NCBI RefSeq assembly: GCF_009914755.1
Contig: NC_060931.1
DNA length: 64,000 nucleotides
Strand: one strand, 5' to 3'
Source of the DNA: the human T2T-CHM13v2.0 reference genome, Homo sapiens
The position numbers and the translations under genes are program-made. Shown piece by piece: positions 26,621 to 44,035 of the stretch. The notes under the pieces were generated by a model. The model did no database searches. It was not told the DNA's origin and saw nothing but the letters and a program-made list of their open reading frames with translations. Position 1 is the stretch's first letter. Each line of letters starts with the position of its first letter.

Positions 26621-29600
26621 TTTTAAGAGAATATGATTTAGGAAAGACTTCATAATAGTTATCCAAATACTATACTAGCAGGAACCTATCTTTAATAAAT
26701 GTTAATAATGAACTATATATAGTTTTAAAATAAAAACCTTTCAAAGCAGTTGGTGCTTCAAAAATCAGTGTCTGTGATTGAACTCGGCAAATAAAGTCCT
26801 ATATTCCAGGTTGTGTCAGATGGCAGAACATACTCTCTGAGATTTCCAGCTGCACACATATTAGTGATTTGGTTAGTTAATTGAATACCGACCCTTGTAG
26901 GCTGTTGGGTTTTGGCTAGTCTTTTAGGCTCGGCAAACACGAATAACAGGATGGCTAAATAACGTAGGCAAAATTATTGAAGAACAAATTCCTAAGGGAA
27001 CTAAGAAATGTTTTAAGAAAAATTGTCAGCTAATAATGGTTATTCTTATTTCTGGAAATATATATACATAGATAAATACGTAAAGAAATGCACAGAGAGA
27101 AAGACAGATATTTCTGGTTATGGTCACAAAAGAAGAAAGAAGTTTCCAAGAAAGGGTTTAAGGGTAATAAATCATTTACACATAGTTACTGATGTTTAGA
27201 TTATTTTGTCCAAAAGATTCCAACATTTTCAAACAATGTTACCACTAATGTACCTAAACTAAAGACAACATTTTATACTCTGTCCACTTAAGAAATTGAC
27301 TCACTATGAAACCAATAATAAATGCCATAAACTTCAGTAAAGAAGTTATCCACTGATTTCTTTAATCTTATTCTAGACTTTAATACTGCCCATATTTTTT
27401 TTTCTTCCTGGCAATAAGTGATCTAATTGTTTGACAAGCAGTTTCTGAGTTGTATACCTGAAAAAAAAAAAAAAAAAGGATGGAGGGAGGCAGAAAAAAA
27501 GAGGAGAAAGAAGAAAGGGAGGGAGGAATGTAAATCATAATTCAGGGTAATATATTTTTAATTTTCCTCTTTTCTTTCCAAGTCTTGAGTCCTCTTTCAC
27601 ATGCTCTGTAATCTCCATTATTTTTCAACTGCCCCTGTTAATGCCATAACCAAACCAGTTGGTATTGTGTGATTTATTCAATAAATATTTATTGAGTTTG
27701 TATTATTTGCAAGGCAATCTACACGGGCGTAAGATAACTTAGATACCAAACAGTCTCTTCTTGTTAATTATTTGGAGCACTTCTTTAGTTGTTCAGATTC
27801 TCTTGATAGAGGATGAAGTTTCAATTGTTAGCATAAAGTGAAGAAAACAATTATATTCCATCACAAAAGAAGAGGAAGGATTTAGATAAAACCAATGCAA
27901 TTATCCATTAGTCAGTTGTCAAGAAACTGAGCAAAATGGCCTAATATTGTGTAATATTTTATAGTATTTTCAACTGTCAGACAATTGGCAGAGAGATGTA
28001 AAATTTTACACATCACATAAAACTGACAAACTCAATGAATATACCTGTTTTACATTAAAATAAAGAGAAACATACATTAACTTTAAATTTGTGAAGAATA
28101 TGACTGAAAATAGGAATATTCAAAATAAATTATATTTTGGCTTTGAAAGTGAATTTTATAGTTCAAAGGAATCACAATGAACATGGAGAAAACCTGGCAG
28201 AAGGCTTTTGAAGCCTCTTCTCCCCACCCTCCACCACCCCATAAGTACTGCCTCTTCTTAACATCATTCCAAATAGCCATCCATGGAAGAGACAATACAT
28301 GGAAAAAAGAATGTGATGTTGGTGAGATCCCAAAGATGGAATAAGAAATCTAAAATTGTTATTTTTGCCACCTTTTATTCAGCTTTACTATAATGTATAC
28401 AAATGATTTGGCAAATCATTTTGTACACGAACCAGATGATTATTGTATATGAGCCAGATTTTACATAAGGAAGGATTTCAGGTGCAGTGCCTTTTTATTT
28501 GAATCTGTTGTTTTATTATTGGGTTTATTTTTGATGGGCGGTATAAGTGGTTATTTTGCATTACTAGGTAGTTCTGGCTTTTCATGTTCCAGTGCATAAC
28601 ACTAGCACCATGTGGAGGCCAGGACTGGTACTACATGTTTTCAGTTGTCAAGGAAATATAGTTACAAACCTATTTGTGCTCACAATTTGTTTCTTAAAAC
28701 AAAAATAAGAATTTGCTTTATTAAATGATAATGTGACACTTTATGTTCTGAAAATAGCTAGTTTTCAAGAATGGGTCTTGCTAGTTAAGGGGGAAAATTT
28801 TTAAGTGTTAACAGTAAGAATTCTGTTCAGGAAATACTGCTTAATAAATGGCTCAGACTGTTTAAAAGATGACCATAAATATACCAGAAACAAAGGTGAT
28901 AGACAAATATGTTTTGTGAAAATGTGTTGATTAAAATCTAGCAAACTCAGTTAAATTTTATAATTTAGAAAACTCTAAATTAAATCAGTCCTGATTTTTA
29001 ACTATCATGTCTCATACTTAAAGCATCTTTACTGTTACTGTTACGATGAGACAATGATATAATTCCTGCAGGTCCTCTTTGTATAATCACATGTTTATAG
29101 TAAGCAATAAATAATGCAAAAATATGAACAAAAAATATAAACTGCTGTAACCTCTAACCTCATTCCTCTTGATTGCCAAAAACTAAAAACAAAATAAAAC
29201 AACATCTTTCCCTTGAGATCTAAATAGAAAAAATATTTTCAACCTAGAATTTCACTTTGTATTATATAGGACTAAGAAATTATCATGTTTCCAAAGAGAA
29301 ATTAGTGTATGCATGTAGAGCTATGCCTAAAATTAATTCCAGGAGAATTTCAATGCATTGTTTAATGATCTCAAGGTAGATCACTAATCATTGTTGAGAA
29401 AAGTTATAAAAATGGAATTTCAATTAAAACTCTACTGTAAGAAATTTTAATAACTAAGTAAGAAAAGCGAACTAGTATATCATGTTTGTACAATAAAATT
29501 GATAAGAGTTATGCAGGGCTAAAATGCAAGAAACAATAATATGTTTTACAAATAAGGGTGAAAATCAAGTTAAAGATTTCCTGAGTGATACAAGTTTTAA

Positions 29601-30378
29601 ATAAGAGTCTACCTTGCCAGTTATTTTCAATGAAGTAAGCTTTACAGTATTAAAATCATGACATATTATTTATTTCCAATGACAGGATAAAAATTTATGG
29701 AAATTCATTTAAATTCCCAGAATGCGCTATTTCCTACAGTTTTTCAACTATAACGATATTAACATTGACATTTGATGAAAATCATTCAAGTATAAATTTC
29801 CCCATTCTGAATAAGCAATCAAGTTAGTTAAATATTCCTTCTAGAATTTTTCATTTTTTTTCCATTATTCAGTATACAATTTCTTCATATCTTTCCCACA
29901 TAATCAAATGATTCCTCTTTATTGAATAATTCCCAAACAGCATAGAAAAAATGTAGTTTCCCATCATAAAAATAAATCTCCCCCTAATCTCACTTATCCT
30001 CCAGTGAAAGATTCATTTCTGGTTCCAACTTATAGTTAATTTCTTCAAAATACTGTCTATACTCTGTCTTCATTTGTTCACCTCTCATTTTCTCCTGAAT
30101 CTACTCTATCATTTAGAATTTTGTTTGGTTGCAGGTGGTAGAAAACCCAAACAACAGTGATTTAAATATGACAAATTTGACTTCTCCTTCTTGTAAACAC
30201 AGTCCTGGGGTAAGTCCAAGGCTGGTGTGCCAGAGTAAGGATCATTACCGACATGAACACTTTCTATCTTGTAGTTGTTTTTCCATCTTCAAAAGGTAGT
30301 CTCCATCGCATAGTCCAAACTCTAGCCATCACATCCTTTTTGTGGGCAACAATAATTAAGAATTAATAAAGAAGGGTA

Positions 30379-30762
30379 TAACTATGGCTTGAATGTCCCC
30401 TGCTATACTCATGTTGAAATTTAATTGCCATTATGACCGTATTAAAAGGTGGGACCTTTAAGAGGTTACTAGGTCCTGAAGGCTCTGCCTTTATGATGGA
30501 TTAATGCTATTGTCTTGAGAGTGGGCTCCTGATGAAAGGATGAGGTCAGCCAGCTTTCTTCTCTGTCTTGCTGTCAAACATGTGCACCTCCTCACCATGG
30601 ATGCCTCCCCCCATGTTATGAGGCAGCAAAAAAAACCCTCACCAGATGTGGCCTCTCAAACTCAACTTTCCTGCCTCCAGAACCATGAGCCAAATAAGCT
30701 ATTATTAATTAATTAACCAGTCTGTGGTTTGCTATTATAGCAGCGAAAAAAGGACTAAGAGA
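30379..30762 (+). mobile_element. MST-family MaLR solo LTR, nested in an older MLT1-like remnant (about 30110-30375)
   Basis: CTATGGCTTGAATGTCCCC…GGTGGGACCTTTAAGAGG…CCTCCAGAACCATGAGCCAAATAA…GGACTAAGAGA. Confidence 0.75.
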
Positions 30763-30884
30763 GTTTTGCCTTCTGCTTTTAAAGACACTTCATAGAAGCC
30801 CCCGTGTTCCTGACCTCTAAATTTTTGAGTGCCACAGGATTTAGACCTATGACTTCATCTGTTCTCCATCCATACTCACCCAAT

Positions 30885-31481
30885 ATAGCAAATTTGCAAT
30901 GTGTCAACTTGGCTAAACTGAACCACCTTTCCTAGAGTTCCCTTTTGTGTTTATTTCCAATTTGGCTGAGTCAAAAAGGAGATTCTTGGGAGAATTGAAG
31001 GGTGGAAAACAAACAACAGTCATTTTTGTAAAACACACTGGTTGCTTACACGTTGGTTTCAGTGGCAGCTTTCCGGCCTGCCACTGCTACACCTTCCAAG
31101 GAACCTCCTTCAGCGTCTCTGTCTCCTAGACCAGGCGTGTGTCTTTAACTCCATGACTAAGGGCTCCAGCTTCTGCAGGACACCCACATCACCAAAATCA
31201 GAGGCGACAAGACCTGATACTGGTTTTCGTCTGTCTTCATTGGGTTCTTATTCATTGTTCATGCATGGAGGTTTTAGCTTGTTCTTTCTCTCTTTCGTTT
31301 TGTAAGCTTCTTTTCTGACTACCCACCCTCTGTACAACAAGCTGTATTGTTAGGCAGGAACATAACTACCTTATAATGACTTATTAATCAGCTTCCAAAA
31401 ATGTATAATTTGAAATCCTTATGACAAATCCATATTTATCTTCTAGGGAAACTGCTTCTTCTATTGAACCCTGACTAGTAC
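30885..31481 (+). mobile_element. ERVL-class LTR with MLT2-like termini
   Basis: GTGTCAACTTGGCTAAACT… start and …GAACCCTGACTAGTACA end. Confidence 0.55.
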
Positions 31482-31489
31482 ACCCTCTA

Positions 31490-32000
31490 GAAATCTTATC
31501 CAAGACCATGGTTTTTCGTAACATCAAAGTGCTGAGGATCCCAAATTTATACAAATAAACTCAACCATTCAACCCTTTCCACTAAATTACAGATTTTATA
31601 TCCACTTGCCTTCCAGATATCTCCACTTGCATGTTTAATAAGCATCTGTACCTTAATATGTTCTGGTTTCTAACCTGCCCTTTATTCCCTCCATCTATAA
31701 ACCTACTTCCACCCTCTAAATAAATGAACACATCTAGGTCCCTTCCCACAAATGCTCTTCTGCTCCATGTCAATTAGGATAAAAATAAAATCCTTATAGT
31801 TGTCTAGGAAGTCTTTCTTGATGCGGACTCCTACTATATCTTTGACCTTATCTATCATTTTCTTTCTCCCTCACCCCATTCAAGACACATTGAGTCCCTT
31901 GATAATTCTCAACCTAGGTAAGCGTTCTCCCACTTCAGGGCCTTTGTGCATGCTGTTTTCTCTGGCTAGAAAGCTCATCCCTCAGAAATACATGTTTTAC
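31490..32000. mobile_element. L2 fragment
   Basis: ATATCTCCACTTGCATGTTTAATAAGCATCT…CAGGGCCTTTGTGCATGCTGTTTTCTCTG. Confidence 0.65.
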
Positions 32001-32544
32001 TCGTAGTAACTCTAAATTTTTATTGGAAGTCAAAAAGTTAAGAAAGTACAATTACTAAGAAAATAAATGCTGAATATAATTAATTGTAATGTATAATGCT
32101 AAACACTAATTTCAACTATCTACAAGTATCTGTAATAATGATTTTAGCTGGAAAGAATTTTTTAAACCAATATTTAGAGTAAAAGAGCATATGTTGAATC
32201 CTGGTTTAATACTATGTGGCTCAGTGATGCCCATGATCAAAATATTTAACTTTTTCTGAGCATTATTTTCTATCACCTGTATCATAGATGTAGTAATACT
32301 AACTTAAGTAGAATACATATTTTGAAACCCATATGATTATACTCAAACTTTTTATATACAAATATTTCTATATTTTTATATGTTCTTCATGTTAATGTTA
32401 GCATATTCAAATATTTAAATAGGTTTTCCTGTTTCAATTTTTGGGTTATGAAAAGGTCTGCATGAAAGTTTATAAATATGTTAGTTATTTTATTTGTACC
32501 ATTTGAACAGTGGGTTATTTTTTTTTCCTTAAAAACTACTTCCT

Positions 32545-32912
<368 letters not shown>

Positions 32913-33302
32913 TTAGCTCTTGTATTATTCCTAATGTTTCATATTTTCAAAAGCATTGCTGTAAATACAGAATGTCTCCTGTGTACTGCTGAAGAGATGT
33001 AAGTAGCAACCTAATACCTCTTTATTCTCATTAATGAAATGAACGACCTCTGCAGAAAGACAGTATACTCTTTCAGAATAAAAGAAAGTTATTATCTCAT
33101 CAGAACCTTTAGATTACTTACCTTTTGACTTTCTTTCAATCCATCAGCCTCTCTTATCTTTACTTTCTCCTTATCCTGCTGAGAGTCTAACATTTCCCTA
33201 TTTCAATAATGCTATTGCCAATAGCCTAAACTACTTAGTCCCTCTCTCTTATTCTTCAACCATCAGGCAAAACACAAGCTCTGGATTAACATGATTATCT
33301 AA

Positions 33303-33758
33303 TGACATGGTTTAGCTTTGTGTCCCCACCCAATTCTCATCTTAAATTTTAATCCCATAATTAATACCCAAGACTAGGTAATCTGTAAAGAAAAGAGGTT
33401 TAATTGACTCACAGTTCTGCATGGCTGGGGAGACCACAGGAAACTTACAATCAGGATGGAGGGCACATCCCCACAGGTAATGAGGAGGACCCGGTGGGAG
33501 GTCACTGAATCATGGGGGTGATTCCCCCATACTGTTCTCATGATAGTGAGTGAGTTCTCACAAGATATGATGGTTTTATAAGCATCTGGCACTCCTTTTC
33601 TCTCCTGCCACCTTGTGAAGAAGTGCCTTCCATCCTGCTTGTAAGTTTCCTGTGGTCTCCCCAGCCATGCAGAACTGTGAGTCAATTAAACCTCTTTTCT
33701 TTATAGATTACCTCGTCTTGGGTATTTCTTCATAGCAGTGTGAGAACGGACTAATACC
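33303..33758 (+). mobile_element. THE1C/D-like solo LTR containing a 104-bp inverted self-duplication
   Basis: THE1 termini TGACATGG… and …GGACTAATACC; 33363-33466 is the reverse complement of 33623-33726. Confidence 0.88.
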
Positions 33759-34664
33759 TCTGCTTTCTCTATGTCTAGACAGAAAGTAGCTAGGCATTGT
33801 CTCAAAAAGTCATGACAAGGAGGATGGATATTACACTGAAGGTATAAACAGTAACTCACTTGGGCTCTCTTCACTGTCTAGCAAATTTAGGATCTTTAGC
33901 TATTAAACTCATAGTCTCACTCTTCTTGGTACTTTTTCCCAAAACATTCCTTCTCAAATGTGTAAGCTACCCTTCCGCAAAATCTTTCCTCATTTATAGC
34001 ATATAACCTAGATGTCTATTTCATAGAAAAAGCTAAAAACGTAACTGCATATATGCTTTTGTTTCCTGCACACATTTCTGTTGATTAATTGTTGATTAAG
34101 GAGGGATGTGGTATCCCTCCTTCATCTGCCATTGATATTTCTAGCTATAGGTTGAACTCTATTTCTTCCCCCTTCTTAGGAACTGTACATTACAAATTGT
34201 TTGTCCCCTTTCTCTTTCAATTGCTCTTTTTAAAGTAGATGTATAAATGTGCTCAAGTCTTCATATTAAAAAGAAAAACAGCAATCTTCCTTCAAACTCC
34301 TTTTCTCTATACTATCTATCTCCTCGACAGCCTCTTCCCTGTTACAGCAAAGCATTCTTTAACGTCCCCTTTACTCTCTTTTTTCTATACTTCATCTTTC
34401 TTTTCAAATTGTTATTGTCAGGCTGCTGATCCCATCACATCACTACATAGGTGAGTGATGCTTTCATGTCACAAATCACTGCTCATTATTCAGCTCTCAT
34501 AAAAAATATGCAAATAAAAAAGAAAAACTAAGAAACCAATGGCCTATAACTTCCATGTCAAGATTGTCCATGGTCTATAATAATTTCCCTCTGTCCAAGA
34601 CCTACTCTCCTTAATTACCAACTTTACAAACGTTTATTTCTAAATACTTTACTTTGAAAAAAAA

Positions 34665-34876
34665 ATTTTTTTTTGAGTCAGGGTCTCACTCTGTCACCTA
34701 GGCTGGAGTGCAGTAGTGCAATCACAGCTCACTGCAGCCTTGACCTCCTGGGCTCAAGCAACCCTCCCACCTCAGCCTGCTGAGTAACTGGGACTACAAG
34801 CATGTGCCAACCTGCCTGGCTAATTTTATTTTTAAATTTTTTTTTTTTTTAGAGATGGGGTCTCACTATGTTGCCC
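34665..34876 (-). mobile_element. AluJ, 5'-truncated
   Basis: GCAGCCTTGACCTCCTGGGCTCAAGCAA; T-tail on the left. Confidence 0.85.
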
Positions 34877-34959
34877 TGCCTCATAAACATGCATTTAAAA
34901 AAATTATTATCAATATTCTTACACCAAGCTTACAGATACTGAACCTATGAACTACGGTT

Positions 34960-35550
34960 TTCTAGATTTGTTAGTTGTCACTGAGGAACAACATTACCAC
35001 AAACTCAGTGACATAAAACAACACACTAATTATCTCATAGTTTCTGGGGAAGGAGGCTGGCACAGCTTAGCTAGGTCCCCTGCTCAGGGTCTAGCAAGGC
35101 TGCAATCAGTGTCCGCTAGAGCTGAAGTCTCATTGTAGGCTCTGCAAGGAGAGGATCTGCTTCCAAGCTTACTCAAGTCGCTGGTTAAATTCAGCTTCTT
35201 GTAATTGTAGGACTAAGGGATTCCGTTTCTTATAGCCTGTCACTCCAAAGGCTGCCCTCAGTCCTACAGGTCTCCCAGAGATTCTTGTTATGTGGGGTTC
35301 TCCAACATAGCCTCTAGTTTCCTCAAAGTGAACGAGGGAGACAGTCCAACAAGATGAGCACTACAGTCTAATATCATGTAATCATGTAATCACACAGACA
35401 TAAATATATACATCCCATCACCTTTGCCATTATCTATTGGCTAGAAGGAAGTCATGTGTCTCACCCACACTCAAGGAAGAGGATCACACAAGGGCATGAA
35501 CACTAGGAGGTGGAGATCACTGGGGTCACCTTAAGAATTTGTCTAACACT
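34960..35550. mobile_element. MLT1 (MLT1D/E-like) MaLR LTR
   Basis: ATTACCACAAACTCAGTGACATAAAACAACAC…GGATCACACAAGGGCATGAACACTAGGAGG…GGGGTCACCTTAAGAA. Confidence 0.75.
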
Positions 35551-35551
35551 G

Positions 35552-38657
<3,106 letters not shown>

Positions 38658-38842
38658 CTATCTGTCCACCAGAGCAAAACTTGTTTTTTCCAGACTTACT
38701 ATTTTTTTCCTTTTAGAAGAAGAAAAGGCAAAGCAACAAAATATCAGCAACAGACTCTGGTACATTTCAGATGTTCATCTTTAACATCAGTGTGTGTGCA
38801 CCCTCAATCAGACAACCCTAGAATTGGTTGAAAACTTGAGTG

Positions 38843-39478
38843 TGTTGGGCCTCAGAAAATGTAACCCTGGAATATGGTGCATTGACATGAAGCAGCCTCA
38901 AGATTTCTCTGATTCTCCCGACACCCCTGTGACACCCACCCCCTGTCTTTCAATCCTCTGTCTCTCCCAAAGCACTGAGTGAAGCTATTCTCTGAAGTTC
39001 CCTTATCTAGCTAGAAACCAGATCTGCAAAGAACACAATTGCCTTTCCTGAAATTTCATTAACCAGAGAAGATTAAAACTTGTATCGCAGAGAAAGAAAC
39101 TGAAAATTAAACACCACACTTAAAGCCCAGATAAACTTCATCCCAACTATTGTCTGCTCTACGTCCCATTCAATTTCCAAAGAAAATTATTTAGCAACTA
39201 TTGTTTGAGCATTAGGCCTAATCTCCTCCTAAACATAATTTACTATCCCTCAAGTTGCCAAATTTTCCCCATCTCTCTGCTTCTCCTGTGAAGGAGTGTA
39301 TATATACATGCATCTGTACCTAATTGGGTTATTGGGTGATCATTTCCCTGTGACTTCCCCATGCTATGCACATTAAATAAATTTGTATGCCTTTCTCTCC
39401 TATTAATCTTCCTTTTGTCAGTTCATTTTTAACAAACATTCAGGAAATGAAGGGGGAACTTTCCTTCTTTGCCTCTAC
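38843..39478 (+). mobile_element. ERV1 solo LTR (MER39/MER4-group-like)
   Basis: TGTTGGGCCTCAGAAAATG…AATAAATTTGTATGCCTTTCTCTCCTATTAATCT…. Confidence 0.65.
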
Positions 39479-39518
39479 TAGTAGATTTCAAAGATCCACT
39501 CTTGAAAATAAGTGTCCT

Positions 39519-39811
39519 TTTTTATTTTTTTTGAGGCAGAGTCTTACTGTGTTGCCTAGGCTGGAATGCAATGGTGAGATCTTGGCTCACTGCAACCTCT
39601 GCCTCCCAGTTCAAGTGACTCTCCTGCCTCAGCCTCCTGAGTAGCTGGGATTACAGATGCCCGCCACCATGCCCAGCTAATTTTTGTATTTCTAGTAGAG
39701 ACAGGGTTTCACCATGTTGGCCAGGCTGGTCTTGAACTCCTGACTTACTGATCTGCCCGCCTCGGCCTCCCAAAGTGCTGGGATTACAGGTGTGAGTCAC
39801 CATGCCCAGCC
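39519..39811 (-). mobile_element. AluS (Sx/Sz-like)
   Basis: Full dimer on the reverse strand; flanked by ATAAGTGTCCTTTTT / ATAAGTGTACTTTTT TSD. Confidence 0.9.
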
Positions 39812-40384
39812 ATAAGTGTACTTTTTGTAGGCAATAATTATCTCACCTGTAAGATGAAAATGTACCCTAGTGAGACACAAAAGTCTAGTGAGACACATTT
39901 TACTTAAATAAAAATTTTAAATGTTTATGTCATGACATATGTGTAGCATTTTATTTGCCATTTGCCCTATTCTTTAAATAACGGTTTTGAAGTCATATAT
40001 TCCTTGAGAAGCATTTGCTATTTTAAAGGGATTCCAATCAGTTATTACTAATCTTTTGGGGAAAAAAATATATAATAAAAAGGCAATTTAGGATCTATGT
40101 GAGCTAAAAAATAGATGGACCATATTCACTTCAGTTATCTTTATAACTGTGTTTCAATTGTCTCTCTTTTAATTACTGCCAATTTATTTAATGTACATAG
40201 CATGGGGGAGTCACAGGGAAATGATTATCCAATAACCCAATTAGGTGCAGGTGCAGGCATATATACACTTCTTCATAAGAAAAGGGGAGAGATGCGGAAA
40301 ATTTGGCAACTTGAAGGATGGTAAATTATTTTTACAGGGAAATTAGGAAAACCAGGCTTGTAGACTATGCAGTTTGCTGTTGTT

Positions 40385-40900
40385 TTTATCAACCTAAATA
40401 ACAAATGGACAGGGATATGCTAAAAGAAATGATGTTTAGTTCAGAATAGGAACTGCAATGGGTATATGTGTGTCATAGTCCTCTCTGCATATTCAGAGAT
40501 GTAAAAGAAAACAAATGTTTTTAAAGAAAAAAATGAAGAGGATTACATAATTGTTGTGAGATAATTATCCTTAGTTGCAAAGATTAATAACAAGGGTGGA
40601 GTTAGTGCAAAATTGGATAGGCAATTGCTGGGTAGATGTTCTGGCAGAAGTTTTTTGATTTATTTGTTTAGTTAGTTATTTAGTTAGCTAGTTAGTTATT
40701 TGCATAAGGTTGTGGTGGCTTTTGTGCAAGGTTATAGTTTTTTGCAGAGTCTTTTGTGATAGATTTTTTTAAATCAGACAATTGTTCATGAAAACCATTC
40801 CTTCATGTCCTTTCTGTGCTCCATTTTTCAGGGTTTTTTTCTTTTTTCTTTTTTTTTTTTTTTTAACACAAGTGACTATTTTTATTCTGACAGTTTTTAA
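40385..40900 (-). mobile_element. ERV1 LTR fragment (family not assigned)
   Basis: ATCAACCTAAATAACAAA…GCAATGGGTATATG…GTGACTATTTTTATTCTGACA. Confidence 0.5.
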
Positions 40901-41495
40901 CATTGTTTATAGGTAGATTTTAGCCAAGTTGTAACTAAAATTACATCTAACTTAATAATTTGCTGTTGTCTTCAATAAAAAGTCACTCTTTCATAAAACT
41001 ATGCATAATTGTATGTTGGACACAGGAAGGATGTTAGATTATCCAGTCATTGAAGGATCAATTATATGTCATCTATAAGGCAATCCTCACAGCATAAATC
41101 CTAAGAATAGCTTTATATTAAGGAACAAATAATACATACATATGCTGCATGCAAGCACACACTGCCCGTGAACAAATTTGGAGAATTTGAAGAAAGCTTT
41201 GAAGAAATGCTTATAACTTAGATTAAAATTAAGTTTAATTATATAAAGTATTAGATTTTTGGAATTTAGACAATTTAAAAATGAATTAAAATTTAACTGA
41301 AATTCCACTCTTTGGTTCTTTCCCTTCCTAACCTGGAAGACAATGAACTATTTTTCTAATGAAAAGAAATATATTGGCGTCATCATTTTTACTCATAACA
41401 GTAAGTGAAGGAAAGTCAGAATTGCAAATCATACACTTTTGGTAAAAAGCCAATACAATTACAAAATTTATTTCAGTGTTTTAATACTTGATGTA

Positions 41496-42461
41496 GAATT
41501 GAGCCTTGAACAACATGGGAGTTAGGGGTGCCATCCCCCAAATTGTCAAAAATTTGCATATACATAAACAGTCAACACATATTTTCTATGTTACATGTAT
41601 TATACACCATATTCTTATAATAAGCTAGGGAAAAGAAAATGTTATTGAGAAATCACAAGGAAAAGAAAATACATTTGCAATACTTTACTGTCTTTGTCCA
41701 TACAATAAGTTTACGTTGTCTATTTCCTAGGTGAATCATCTGTCTGAAATGTGGGGGGCAACCCCAGTTGCAGGCCTCGATCTGTGCTACACGTCAAGCA
41801 ATTCAGCTTTTTCTTATAATGTCATGACTTCTCTGCTTCCTGGGAGCACTTCCAGCATCACTAGTGACACTTTGTATGGGTCCCATGGTGTTATTCCAGG
41901 TTTAAGGTACTGCATTAAGCACAGTGAAAAATGCAGAACTATGGAAGAGCACTTTTTACTGCTACACACAATTTAGTAGAGAAATGAACTGCTCACATGG
42001 AGATGACTGGTGTCATCTGGCATTTGAGCAGATACCCCCAACAGTTGAGCTCACTGCAATAGCAACAGGAGGTAGCTGGGAAATCATTGCAGTAGTATAG
42101 TATGCACTACAGTTAATTTTATGCAGTTATGACTTAATACTGCCTCTTTACATTTATTTACGTTTCTCTCTATTGCAAATGTTGCCATGTAAGGTCATGT
42201 GTGCCTAAGTTTTGATGAATTTTATCTTTTTATAAATTTATGTGTATGTTATGGTACTAAATGATAAAAAGACTGTCTACATATATTTTACGCATTCATG
42301 ACATACTTAGATTATTCTTAATTTTTCATATTTGTAGGCCACATGTTTTGTCTTTTCCAAATTGTCATAATCTCAAGAAATAGTTAAAATATATTTGCTG
42401 AATAAATCCACCTATACATGGATCTGCACAGTTCAAACTCGTGTTGCTCAAGGGTCAAATG
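41496..42461. mobile_element. Tigger2-family (Tigger2b-like) TcMar DNA transposon
   Basis: Terminal inverted repeats GAATTGAGCCTTGAACAAC … GTTGCTCAAGGGTCAAATG with TA target sites on both sides. Confidence 0.8.
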
Positions 42462-43552
42462 TATTATCTTTGTCATCACACCTCTACAGAGATTTTTTAA
42501 TATTTTCAAACAGGAGGGACCACACTGTTTTCACAATTTGTTTCTGTTTTTCTTCATGCAGGTAATATACAATGAACTTCCTAGTAGCTATTCTGTATGA
42601 TCTCAATAACTTTTTATTGTCTTAAATTATTATGATTACACTAGGTTTGAAATCACTTTCCTTCTATTTTGCATTACAAGAACATACCAGAAGAATTAGG
42701 ATTTTTCAAATACCTTGTACTTACTTTTAAAAAAAGCTTTTTAAAATATGCATTAACTTTACAATGAAAAACGTACCTAGTTATCTCTCCTTTGTGTATA
42801 TAAGTATCCACCCTTCCTGGAGGTGATTCTTCAATTAATGCTCTTCAATTGAGTAGCATCAAATGAGGTCCTTCTGTACTCTATAATTGGGCATGTCTGC
42901 AACCACTCCTTTTTTAAGGTTTAGTTTGTTATACTGAGTAATCATTATACATTCTCCTAACTTTCAGTCATCTTCACTGTGTTTTCTACAGGTCTTTTAA
43001 AATACCAAAGCCTAAGGAATTGCAACAGATCCTTATATTAGAATATTAGGCTGTCCTTTAAAATTATGTATTTTGGAAGCCCATTTATAGATATATAAAA
43101 AGTTTATGAAAAAGAATTACCTGGGAAAATTAGAATATAAAATTATATATACAGTAATGGTTGTGTATACTTACAAAAATATAGGAAATAGACTGAGAGT
43201 TTAACAGTGTGTCTCAGGAGGAAATAATTTACATAGCTTAAATATTTTCATTTTTTAATATATTCTATAATAAGCACATATTACATACATATATTTATAT
43301 ATATAAATATATACATATATATTTTATATACATACCCACATATATTACATATATATGTTACATATGCATAGATAATAATGAGAATTTATTTTCTTTTCAT
43401 GATTGTCTTATTTTGTTGTCATTTTGTCTTTAACATGGTTTCCAGGAGTTTGAAACTAGATTCCTTTTATTTGAAATTCTACTTTTGGCTTCTCAGATAT
43501 TTTATTAACTCTGCATAGAATATCACCTTATGGAAGGTTAAACTGCTTTGGA

Positions 43553-44035
43553 TCAGAGGCCATTAAACTGCAGCAAACAAGCTAAATCTGGTAGCCCACA
43601 GTGACCTAGGAGAATTCTTACATTTTAAGTAATGAAAAAGTATTCAAGGAAAAATAGTTTGAATACTTTTTGGTGACATGTGAAAATTAAATTTCAGTGT
43701 TCATAAGTAAAGTATTATTGAAACACAACCATAGAGTTGTTTTCATATTATCTCCAACTGCTTTTGCACTACCCCTTCAGGGTTAAGTAGTTAATGGCTT
43801 ATAAAGTGAATGGCTTATAAAGCTTAATATATTTACTATTGGGTCGTTTTCAGAAAGTTTGCTGACCCTTTTCATGATCGTTGTTCCTTAAACTGTGTAC
43901 GTATACAAATCATAAGAGGAAATTCATAAAAATGCAGATACTGATTCTGCGGCCTGTAACTCTGCATTTCAAACAAGCTCCAGGTGATGTCAATTATTGC
44001 TCTTCCACGAACCACACTCCAGGTAGTAAAGCTCT
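43553..44035. mobile_element. hAT-Charlie remnants (MER58-like, then MER5A-like)
   Basis: …ATATTTACTATTGGGTCGTTTTCAGAAAGTTTGCTGACCCT; …CTGCATTTCAAACAAGCTCCAGGTGATG. Confidence 0.6.
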
